This document shows positions 17,683 to 25,765 of a stretch of DNA of 48,411 nucleotides, piece after piece (the first letter of the stretch is position 1; each line of letters starts with the position of its first letter). Under the pieces are notes generated by a model, which was not told the DNA's origin, searched no databases, and saw only the letters and a program-made list of their open reading frames with translations. The translations under genes were made by a program, and so were the position numbers. The DNA comes from Euryarchaeota archaeon RBG_13_57_23 (lineage in GTDB: Archaea; Thermoplasmatota; Thermoplasmata; UBA10834): the NCBI GenBank assembly GCA_001800675.1, contig MGVW01000016.1, positions 7,686 through 56,096 of the forward strand, written 5' to 3'.

Positions 17683-18861
17683 ATGAAGGTGCTAGTGATA
17701 GGTGCATCGGGACAGATGGGCGCGCTGACCGTCAGGGATCTTGTAGACCACTACAAGGCGGACGTGGTCGCCGCGGATCTCAAGCTCGACCGCGTGAAGA
17801 AAGTGGCCGAACTCGTAGGCATCAACAAGGTCACTCCTCTGCAGCTGGATGCCACCGACCCGCACGCGCTCAAGCAGGCGGCAACGGGAGCGGACGTGGT
17901 CCTCTGCAACGCATGGTACGAACTCAACATCAAGGTCATGCCCGTCGCGATCGAGGTCGGAGCGCACTACGGGGATCTAGGTGGGTTCTACGACTACACA
18001 TTTCAGCAGCTCAAGTACCATGAGAAAGCCAAGGACGCCGGCGTGACATGCGTCCTCGGCATCGGAAGCTCACCTGGAATCACGAACGTGTGCGGCGCTG
18101 CAGGAGCCATGAGACTGGACAGCGTTGACACGATCAGCATCTACTGTACATGGGGCACTAAGGTCAAGACCGCGGACGCGAGCTTTCCAGCGTACTCCGT
18201 GAGGACCGTTCTGGACGAGCTTACCCAGAACCCTCCCATCGTCGAGAACGGGAAGCACAAGAGAATGCCTGTCCTATCGGGAGAGACCGAGGTCCTGATG
18301 CCCGAGCCCGCGGGCAAGGTGGTCGCATATTACATCAAGCACTCGGAGGCCGCCACCATGGCCGAGTACATCGGCAAGGGAACCAAGAACGTCAGCTTCA
18401 GGATAGGATTCCCGGCGAACGACTTCGCGACCTTCAAGACTCTCGCCCAGCTGGGCTTCTCGAGCGACGAGAAGGTCGAAGTGGGCGGATGCCGCGCATC
18501 ACCCAAGGACTTCATCACAGCGATGTACCTGCGGGCAGTCGCTTCATCTCGTGACTCGTCCGATATCGTGGACGAGTACGACTACTTCAGGGTGGATGTC
18601 AACGGAGAGAAATCCGGAGCACCCGCGACTGCAACGTACTTCGTCACCACATGGAACGACAGGGACTCGGGGATTCCGTCCGGAAGAGACACGGCGGTCC
18701 CGCCGTCCATCACAGCTGATTGGCTGGTGCGCGGGAAGATCAAGGAAAGAGGAACCCTTCCACCCGAGGCTTGCATCGACCCGGAGCCGTTCTTCAAGGA
18801 GCTCGGCAAGAGGAAGATACTCGTCGAGGAACAGCTCCAGGACTCGAGACGGTACTACTGA
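17683..18861 (+). CDS. Saccharopine dehydrogenase-family NAD(P)-binding oxidoreductase
   Basis: MKVLVIGASGQMG Rossmann N-terminus and about 390 aa, with the overall pattern of the Sacchrp_dh family. Substrate not inferable. Confidence 0.55.
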   Translation: MKVLVIGASGQMGALTVRDLVDHYKADVVAADLKLDRVKKVAELVGINKVTPLQLDATDPHALKQAATGADVVLCNAWYELNIKVMPVAIEVGAHYGDLGGFYDYTFQQLKYHEKAKDAGVTCVLGIGSSPGITNVCGAAGAMRLDSVDTISIYCTWGTKVKTADASFPAYSVRTVLDELTQNPPIVENGKHKRMPVLSGETEVLMPEPAGKVVAYYIKHSEAATMAEYIGKGTKNVSFRIGFPANDFATFKTLAQLGFSSDEKVEVGGCRASPKDFITAMYLRAVASSRDSSDIVDEYDYFRVDVNGEKSGAPATATYFVTTWNDRDSGIPSGRDTAVPPSITADWLVRGKIKERGTLPPEACIDPEPFFKELGKRKILVEEQLQDSRRYY

Positions 18862-19241
18862 GCAGGTATCCTGCCCGTTATCATTTCGCGAATTGATAGT
18901 GAACGGCTCTAGCAGGAATGCCACATGCGAGACAAGGTGTGTGCGGTCGTGCAAGCTTCGAGACCGGCCAGTACCCCAAATCTTACGAAAGGCATTTATA
19001 GGGATGCTGTGTATATTACGACAGCTTCCTCTCGAACTTGAGAAATAACTGGGTGCGTTTGAGTCGAGTGGTGTGGGATACTCATTTGTAGCACGTCGTA
19101 AGAAGACGCCATGGATGGCTCCCTGCTGCTTGAACCTTGCATGCCCGCGTTCGGATGGAAGTCAAGAGAGAAATGAGAAGCATTCGCGAATAACGATTGA
19201 ACGACGCTTTGAGAGTGCTTAGAGCTAGGGAGTGAACACAA

Positions 19242-21089
19242 ATGAAGAAGATCAGCGGACCAGTGCGCAAGAAGATCGTCGTTGCGGTTTTCCTCGTCGC
19301 GATTCTGGTTGGATCAGGCGCATACGCTCTCGCCGTCAGCGGCAGAGACAAGACGGCGCAGGGACCCCAGAATATCGTGGTGAGCGAAGGACCGGCAACA
19401 TCGATCGACTATACGATATATGACTTATTCCAGGAGCCGTGGCAGGAGTGGTGGGCAGACAGAACGACCTACTACTCAACGGACTTCATAATCACGAGCG
19501 GGGCAGGATGGAACACCGCCCTGTTCATGCCGGGCAGATCTCCGGCTCTATCATACCAGGGGATCATCTACGCTCCCTACAGGTACGCCATTGACGCAGT
19601 CGACCTGACGACGATGAACGTCAGCGACCCTGAGTTCATGCCTATACTTGGCCCGACCAGCGTGGTTGGGGCAAGCGCATCGATTGACCTGTACTTCCAG
19701 TACCTCTACGAGACCTGGTGGAACGACTACTGGATAGACACATGGGGCGGGGATGGCGACTGGGTCGGTGACGCGTTCTATTCGCCAGGAGGCACTGACG
19801 GATACTACCTGGGCACGACATATTCCATAGTCATGAACAGAGCGGCAGCGTACTCGTGGCTGAACATGCCCACATCGTCTGATGTTGCCACGTGGTGGAC
19901 GGCCAACAAGGAGTCCACCGAAGACGCATGGCAAAACTGGGTTCTTGTCGAGGGCAACGACAGGCTTGACATCTACTGTGGCTACGAATGGACATACGAT
20001 TCGTTCGGAGTCTACATGGACCTCGTCGAGCTCGGCCCTGACAGCGTTGCGCTGCAGCTGGACCACATAAGCTGGGGGTATGAGATCCTGATGACCAGAT
20101 GGCTTACCGAGACGCAGGTCTCGCCAGGCCTTGAGCCATGGTACGAGGACTTCTCGATGCAGGTCGCCTACGGTGAGACGACTGCCGACCTCACCTCCGA
20201 TGCGGTCTGCCAGTACAGCATGCACGCCGTGAAAGGGAACAAGACTGCGGACCACGCTGCCTGGGTCTTCGAGCCCGCGAAGGTCGATTACATTGTAAAG
20301 CCGGGTCACCCGTCAGAATACAACCCGTACAAGGCGTTGTTTTACCAGAGCTGGAACGCGGGGGATGTGTTCCTAGGTACGGAAGTGAACTACGAGCAGA
20401 CCCCCTCCGAGTTCGATCTAGATGCGGGTGAGACGCTGACGTTCCAGCTGCCGACCATAGATGTTCCTGCATACCAGGGAGTCGCCCTTACAGAGGCGGA
20501 CTATGACAACCTGGCTGCCGGCGACAACAGCGGGTTCCTGGCAATCCAGGACAACGGCCAGATAGGCCTTGGTTACTGGATAACCGGATGGCCCGAGAGC
20601 ACCGGTCTTAATCTGACGGACATGTACAACCCGACGACCAGGACATTGGTCATCCAGGGTCCACAGGACTTCGAGAACGACGTGAACAGCCCGACCACCA
20701 TGTACCACGGGACGCCTTGGATCGAGTTCTGGGTCGACAGCGAGATGCCGTTGGCGAACGCTGGTTCCGACATACCCGATGTCGTCACGGAGACGCCTGT
20801 GAGCTTCGATGGCAGCCTGTCCACCGACGATGTGCGGATATTCAACTACACATGGACCTTCACGCACGAAGGATCCCCTGTGACGCTCTACGGCCTGAGC
20901 CCCGACTTCAGCTTCATGGCGCTGGGAGACTACACGGTCACGCTGACTGTGATGGACTCGATCGGCAATGTGGACACGGACGATGTGATCGTTCATGTGA
21001 CGGTCCTCATACCTGAGTTCCCGATGATCCTGGTACCGATAGCGGCGACCATGGCCATGATCGCGGTGTTCAAGAAGCGCAAACGGTAG
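19242..21089 (+). CDS. Secreted/surface protein: N-terminal signal anchor, W/Y-rich unknown domain, PKD domain, PEF-CTERM anchor
   Basis: MKKISGPVRKKIVVAVFLVAILVGSGAYALA N-terminus, many NxS/T sequons, a PKD-like repeat, and a C-terminal IPEF + hydrophobic helix + KKRKR. Confidence 0.7.
   Translation: MKKISGPVRKKIVVAVFLVAILVGSGAYALAVSGRDKTAQGPQNIVVSEGPATSIDYTIYDLFQEPWQEWWADRTTYYSTDFIITSGAGWNTALFMPGRSPALSYQGIIYAPYRYAIDAVDLTTMNVSDPEFMPILGPTSVVGASASIDLYFQYLYETWWNDYWIDTWGGDGDWVGDAFYSPGGTDGYYLGTTYSIVMNRAAAYSWLNMPTSSDVATWWTANKESTEDAWQNWVLVEGNDRLDIYCGYEWTYDSFGVYMDLVELGPDSVALQLDHISWGYEILMTRWLTETQVSPGLEPWYEDFSMQVAYGETTADLTSDAVCQYSMHAVKGNKTADHAAWVFEPAKVDYIVKPGHPSEYNPYKALFYQSWNAGDVFLGTEVNYEQTPSEFDLDAGETLTFQLPTIDVPAYQGVALTEADYDNLAAGDNSGFLAIQDNGQIGLGYWITGWPESTGLNLTDMYNPTTRTLVIQGPQDFENDVNSPTTMYHGTPWIEFWVDSEMPLANAGSDIPDVVTETPVSFDGSLSTDDVRIFNYTWTFTHEGSPVTLYGLSPDFSFMALGDYTVTLTVMDSIGNVDTDDVIVHVTVLIPEFPMILVPIAATMAMIAVFKKRKR
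20748..21002 (+). other. PKD domain (aa ~503-587 of the surface protein)
   Basis: PLANAGSD...VSFDGSLSTD...YTWTF...GDYTVTLTVMDSIGNVDTDDVIVHV matches the PKD repeat pattern. Confidence 0.6.
21003..21086 (+). other. PEF-CTERM archaeal sorting signal
   Basis: VLIPEFPMILVPIAATMAMIAVFKKRKR: PEF tripeptide, then a transmembrane helix, then a basic tail at the extreme C-terminus. Confidence 0.6.
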
Positions 21090-21110
21090 CGCTGTAGTTG
21101 AATGCGGTAG

Positions 21111-21160
21111 CCGGCGTGCTTCGGCGCGCCGGACGTCAAACCCTTTTCCTCTTGTTCTTT
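21111..21160 (+). terminator. Hairpin plus T-rich tract downstream of the PKD protein gene
   Basis: CCGGCGTGC-TTCG-GCGCGCCGG forms a 9-bp stem (one G-U pair) with a UUCG loop (21111-21132), followed by CCCTTTTCCTCTTGTTCTTT. Confidence 0.5.
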
Positions 21161-21251
21161 GTACCTCCTTGTGCTGAGCCCATGCGAGACGTCTTTCTAA
21201 ACATAGTTATAAGTAATCACAAGCCGATTTGAAGCAAAACAGAACACCGAG

Positions 21252-22724
21252 GTGGATGGGATGCCGCAGGTCGTTTCGCTTCCGAAGGAGAAGGCAGTAG
21301 AGATAGGAGAGTTTCTGACGAACAATGTGTCGAGGGCGGTAGTGTACACGCTTCTTCACAAGCAGCCCTTGACGAGAAAGGAGATCGAGAGAAGCCCGCT
21401 CACGGACTCGATGAGGAGGCTCTCGCTGAGCGCGCAGACGAGGGAGCTCAAGGACAAGAGCGCCGTCCAGATGCGCACTCTGCTGACGAAAGGAGTGGAC
21501 TGCGGGGTTCTGATCCCTGTTACCTCGAAGCGGCTGAACTACTACTTCCTCAACTCGGACCTGCGGATCGAGCCGGCACCCATACGCGACCCGTTCGAGC
21601 CCACCGAGGATGTGGCTGTGAGCGCGTACCTCGACAGGACCCTTGCCCACACGCCCGGCCAGGCGGTGCTCCCGGGCTGGGGGACGGCAGCTGACAACTC
21701 CATTCTGCCCGTGCCGTACATAGACACGCCGAAATCCCTCGTCCTTTGGCTCAGCTGGATGATCACGCCCACAAGAAGGGAGATCCTCCACCACATAGGG
21801 ATAAACGGGCACACGACGAGGCCGAAGCTGCGCACAGATCTGGGATTCTGGGCGGACAGGATCGTCGCCAAGGAAGGCATCCCGGCCGGAGTCCTCGAGA
21901 AGGTCGACGGCCAGATAAGGTACCAGTTCTCCACGTTCTCGTTCTCGAAGCTGAAGATGAAGAAGGAGGACGAGGGGAAGAAGAAGCCCTGGACCACCTA
22001 CCCGCCATCGTTCTGGCTCACGAGGACCTACGAGCCCATAAGATGCATCATGGGCGCGTCCAAGTTCCTGGGCGACAAGAAACCGGACATGACCCCGGGC
22101 GCGATCCTGGAAGAGCTCTCGAAGCAGGACGTGACCGTGGTGGACAAGAACAGGCGCGAGTTCCTCGAAGTGAACTTCCTGGAGCGGATGAGCTTCTACG
22201 CGGTATACCATTCGTCAGGAGACCCAGCTGTCAAGATATCGGCAGACTCCCTGGTCCCGGAGAAGGTCACGTACAACGCTCCGGAGCATCCGCTCGTCTG
22301 GATATCGAAGACCGACGAGGAGCACGCGGGCGCGAGGATGGACTTCAAGCACGAGGCCGCGATGATGCTCCAATCCAAGAAGACGAAGGAGGACCAGATA
22401 GCGTTCCTTGAGAAGATGATGAAGGACCTCGCGTTCGAGAGGATAGGGAGCGTCCTTGAGGACCATGAGAGCAAGCTGGGCAAGGATCTCGAGAGGCTGA
22501 GGGCAGAGTCGTTCGGGCTCGGGGCGGACTCCATAACGGCCGTTGCCGGGCTGGAGCTGACCAGGGAGGAGATCATCTCCGAGAAGAGATACTTCGAGAA
22601 GTTCATGAACATCCTCATCCCAGGTTCGATCCCGAAGAAGAAGCTGATGGAGACAGAGGAGCTGCTCGCATCGATATCCAAATCACAGGAGGCTCCCGAG
22701 CCTTCTGAGAAGAAAGAGGAATAA
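21252..22724 (+). CDS. Hypothetical protein (490 aa): two winged-helix-like segments, a Lys-rich linker, and a helical acidic C-terminus
   Basis: Long ORF with normal codon bias and no overlapping alternative. No family recognised. GTG start at 21252 or ATG at 21261. Confidence 0.6.
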   Translation: MDGMPQVVSLPKEKAVEIGEFLTNNVSRAVVYTLLHKQPLTRKEIERSPLTDSMRRLSLSAQTRELKDKSAVQMRTLLTKGVDCGVLIPVTSKRLNYYFLNSDLRIEPAPIRDPFEPTEDVAVSAYLDRTLAHTPGQAVLPGWGTAADNSILPVPYIDTPKSLVLWLSWMITPTRREILHHIGINGHTTRPKLRTDLGFWADRIVAKEGIPAGVLEKVDGQIRYQFSTFSFSKLKMKKEDEGKKKPWTTYPPSFWLTRTYEPIRCIMGASKFLGDKKPDMTPGAILEELSKQDVTVVDKNRREFLEVNFLERMSFYAVYHSSGDPAVKISADSLVPEKVTYNAPEHPLVWISKTDEEHAGARMDFKHEAAMMLQSKKTKEDQIAFLEKMMKDLAFERIGSVLEDHESKLGKDLERLRAESFGLGADSITAVAGLELTREEIISEKRYFEKFMNILIPGSIPKKKLMETEELLASISKSQEAPEPSEKKEE

Positions 22725-22772
22725 GCCACCTTCGCGTTAGGCCCCACGACCATCTGCAGGTCGGGGAGCTGA

Positions 22773-23381
22773 ATGACAAACGCGCCGAAACGATTCACCG
22801 AGCTGATTGTCGAAGCCAGGAAGAGAGGCGCCACGAAGGCCAAGGTCATTCCCGTAAGAAGTATAGTCGTGGACGAGAGGGTGCGATTGAAGTGTCTGGT
22901 CCCACTCTGCGACAACTATGGGAAACACCTGTTGTGCCCCCCGAACGTCATGTCGATCGATGAGTTTAGGAGAACGCTCAAGTCGTTCAAGCACGCACTC
23001 CTCCTCCAGATCGAGTCAGATGAAGATTCATTGGACAAGTCGACGAGGCACCTCGACGGCGATCTGTGCACGGACCTCGAGAAGGCAACTGGAACTAGGA
23101 GATTCGAGAAGAAGCTGATGCAGCTCGTCGAGGCGATGGAGGCCTTTGCGTTCAAGAAGGGGTTCTATCTGGCCGCGGGACTTGGAGGGAGCGAATGTGT
23201 CCTCTGCAAGATCTGCGTTGGACAGGGTTCTTCCGAACCCTGTCGCCACCCGTTTAGGGCAAGGCCTTCTAGCCAGGCGCTCGGCATCGACGTCATCAGG
23301 ACTTGCGAACGCGCAGGAATGCCAATCAGACTCTCATCTGACCGGAAAGTGAGATGGACGGGTATCGTCCTGCTGGATTAG
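22773..23381 (+). CDS. Cys-rich predicted metal-binding protein, DUF2284-like
   Basis: CLVPLCDNYGKHLLCPP and CVLCKICVGQGSSEPCRHPFRARPSSQALGIDV match the DUF2284 cysteine pattern as I remember it. Confidence 0.55.
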   Translation: MTNAPKRFTELIVEARKRGATKAKVIPVRSIVVDERVRLKCLVPLCDNYGKHLLCPPNVMSIDEFRRTLKSFKHALLLQIESDEDSLDKSTRHLDGDLCTDLEKATGTRRFEKKLMQLVEAMEAFAFKKGFYLAAGLGGSECVLCKICVGQGSSEPCRHPFRARPSSQALGIDVIRTCERAGMPIRLSSDRKVRWTGIVLLD

Positions 23382-23579
23382 CCTACCACTCCAAAGGGGT
23401 GCGAGCGATTGGATGGCAGCTCGTCATCATAAGCATCCAGCCCTACAACTATGAAGCAGTGGGAATTGTCAATGCCAGGCAATGGCAGCAAGGTTCATAT
23501 TCCCGCAATCAATTAGAGAAGAGTAAGAACAAACATAAGCAAGCATAAGAAAACATTAGAATCAACTAATATATCAATT

Positions 23580-23972
23580 ATGGATGCGAAAAGTATGCTC
23601 ACGCAGAGAGAACAGCAGATTCTTGAGATATTGGGGAAAGGGACACGGTCGCCGACACTTCTGGCATCAGAACTCGGAATCACTCAATCCGGCGCCACTC
23701 AGGCCCTCCAAAAACTCGAAAAGAAAGGAATCCTGACAAGGACGAAAGTGGGGAGAAACGTCTTCTATCATCCAGTCGAGGCGCCAAAACAGACAAGAAA
23801 AACTGCGACGGACGAGGATCTGGACCTGATCATGGAATCCTACCATTCCCTTTCGACGGTATGGACTCACGTGCTGCGCCTGGACCTGACGCATGAAGAG
23901 CTATCAAAGGTCCGTGAAGCCAGGAATCTGCTCGAGGAGATACTCGTCAAGCACGGAAAGAGCATCGAATGA
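23580..23972 (+). CDS. Small winged-helix (MarR/ArsR-like) transcriptional regulator
   Basis: LTQREQQILEILGKGTRSPTLLASELGITQSGATQALQKLEKKGILTR. Preceded by an AT-rich promoter with TAATATAT about 10 nt from the ATG, so it is probably leaderless. Confidence 0.6.
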   Translation: MDAKSMLTQREQQILEILGKGTRSPTLLASELGITQSGATQALQKLEKKGILTRTKVGRNVFYHPVEAPKQTRKTATDEDLDLIMESYHSLSTVWTHVLRLDLTHEELSKVREARNLLEEILVKHGKSIE

Positions 23973-24010
23973 GTATATCCGAGAATATCAGCGATTTCGA
24001 CTGGACGCTT

Positions 24011-24394
24011 CTACTTCAGAGCCTCGTGGGCCTTCAACGCGTTGTCGACAGTGAACGCGATCTCAGTCGCTCCGCCTTCTTTTCCCAGAATGTAGATCGA
24101 ATCGACGTTCACCATCACACGAGCTAGCTTCCTGGCCACCTTCCCCAGCTCGCCTGGCCTGTCCGGCATTCTGACCGATATCACGTCCCGAAGATCATAT
24201 CGAATCCCAGAGCGCGCGAGGGCGGATTTGGCTGTTGCCTCATCGTCGGTGACAATCCTAATCATGGGCCTGTCATTCGTCCTCTCGCTTGAGATTGCCT
24301 TTATGTTCACACCATTGGCGCCCAGCAGCTCGCAGACCTTGGCCAGCTCGCCGGGCTTGTTCTGGACGTAGACATCGAATTCCTTCAAAGTCAC
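24011..24394 (-). CDS. Tandem ACT-domain small-molecule-binding protein (127 aa)
   Basis: Two repeats of the ACT pattern: VYVQNKPGELAKVCELLGANGVNIKAI and VRMPDRPGELGKVARKLARVMVNVDSI. Confidence 0.65.
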   Translation of the reverse strand: MTLKEFDVYVQNKPGELAKVCELLGANGVNIKAISSERTNDRPMIRIVTDDEATAKSALARSGIRYDLRDVISVRMPDRPGELGKVARKLARVMVNVDSIYILGKEGGATEIAFTVDNALKAHEALK

Positions 24395-24469
24395 ACACTC
24401 TACTCACCCTATGAAGGGACTAGAATAAAAAGAGTTTCGATGTGTGGTTCGGGCCAGGTTCCTGTTAGT

Positions 24470-25609
24470 CTACGCCGGGTTCCTGGGCAACTGTACCCAG
24501 CGTCTGACCCACCAGTACGCCAGCAATGTGGATGTGACCGTGGCGATTACCAACACGCAGAGCGTCCATATCGCCCATTTCTCCTCCAAGTTGAACACGA
24601 AGCCGAATATTGTTGCCAGCGTGTTAGGAACAAGCACAGCGGTGCCCAGAACCGTTAGCCAGGTTATCGTCAATGCCATCCTGTTGTTCAGTATCTGGAG
24701 CTGATTGTTGTACAGCGCCTGAAGCACTTCCAGCCCGGAAGCGAGCACCTCAGACATGTGCTCGCTAAGGGATATCTGTCGATTGGTGTCTTCGACAAGC
24801 AGCTGGATCAGGGACAGCATCTTAGGGCTGTCGGAGACAAGCTGCGCATCACCGAATCTCAGCGAGTGGAGGACATCCAGCGTACGCCAGAGGGTATTCA
24901 GATAGGTTATCAGCGTGTGCTTCAGCTCGTAGATCTGCTTCCCCACCTCCATTCGAGTAGAGGTCGGGTCGAGCAGGACCGCGCTCATCAGGTCTCCCTG
25001 CTCTTCGATCTCTCTCAGATACTCGAAGTTCCTTGAATTGTTCTCATCGAGTATCCGAACCAGCATCGATGTGAGCTTGTCCTCTACTGACATCGATACC
25101 GGCAGCTTCCGTATGTAATTGTCAGCATACCTCGAGAACTGGACGAGCCTCACGACCTCTTCACTGTGAATCGTCACAATGAGGTCTTTCCGTACCAGCA
25201 GAAGTAACGGGAACGCTTGGAGGTCCACCTTGTTGACTCTGACCGCGGGAACCATTATCCCGATCTCAGTCTCATTATCGATGAACTCCGAGTAGTATCC
25301 TTTCAGGAGATTAGGAACCAGGGACGCGCTGAATCCCAGTCTGATCGCGACATCTGACCCATCCTTCAGAACATCGCAGACTGTGAAGTTGATCCAGGCG
25401 ACGGTAGAACCCTGGAGAGTCGAGATGAACTCTTCAGGAGTGTTTCCCACGACTCGGATCGGTTTCCCGGCGTGCGGGAGAGCCACGCATACTGCCCGCG
25501 GAGCCTTGATCTCGCACGTCTCCCCAGTCCCGGACTCCTTCTCAATGGGCGGCGCAGCAGCTGGCTTCGAAGGTTCTTTCTCTACCCGTTTCCTCTCCTC
25601 TTTAGACAA
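24470..25609 (-). CDS. CorA-like divalent-cation transporter homologue lacking the canonical GMN motif
   Basis: Cytoplasmic funnel-domain pattern, long helices, and two C-terminal transmembrane helices. The loop reads TIFGFVFNLEE where CorA has YGMNF. TTG start. Confidence 0.65.
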   Translation of the reverse strand: MSKEERKRVEKEPSKPAAAPPIEKESGTGETCEIKAPRAVCVALPHAGKPIRVVGNTPEEFISTLQGSTVAWINFTVCDVLKDGSDVAIRLGFSASLVPNLLKGYYSEFIDNETEIGIMVPAVRVNKVDLQAFPLLLLVRKDLIVTIHSEEVVRLVQFSRYADNYIRKLPVSMSVEDKLTSMLVRILDENNSRNFEYLREIEEQGDLMSAVLLDPTSTRMEVGKQIYELKHTLITYLNTLWRTLDVLHSLRFGDAQLVSDSPKMLSLIQLLVEDTNRQISLSEHMSEVLASGLEVLQALYNNQLQILNNRMALTITWLTVLGTAVLVPNTLATIFGFVFNLEEKWAIWTLCVLVIATVTSTLLAYWWVRRWVQLPRNPA

Positions 25610-25685
25610 ACTATGGCCCTCCCAGACAGCTAGGATTTGCTCAGACTTGCACCTGTATGAACCATAGCCAATGATTTATGTTTCG

Positions 25686-25707
25686 CTGCGAGGCGCGGTC
25701 CTCGCAG
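25686..25707. promoter_or_regulatory. Inverted repeat CTGCGAGG-N6-CCTCGCAG between divergent corA-like and thrS promoters
   Basis: Read directly. It is flanked by TATA-like ATTTATG (~25674) and TTTTAATA (25730-25737). Confidence 0.3.
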
Positions 25708-25765
25708 ACCTCTACCAGTATGCACCCTTTTAATACTCTGCCAGCTATTTCGACGGCGATATGCC

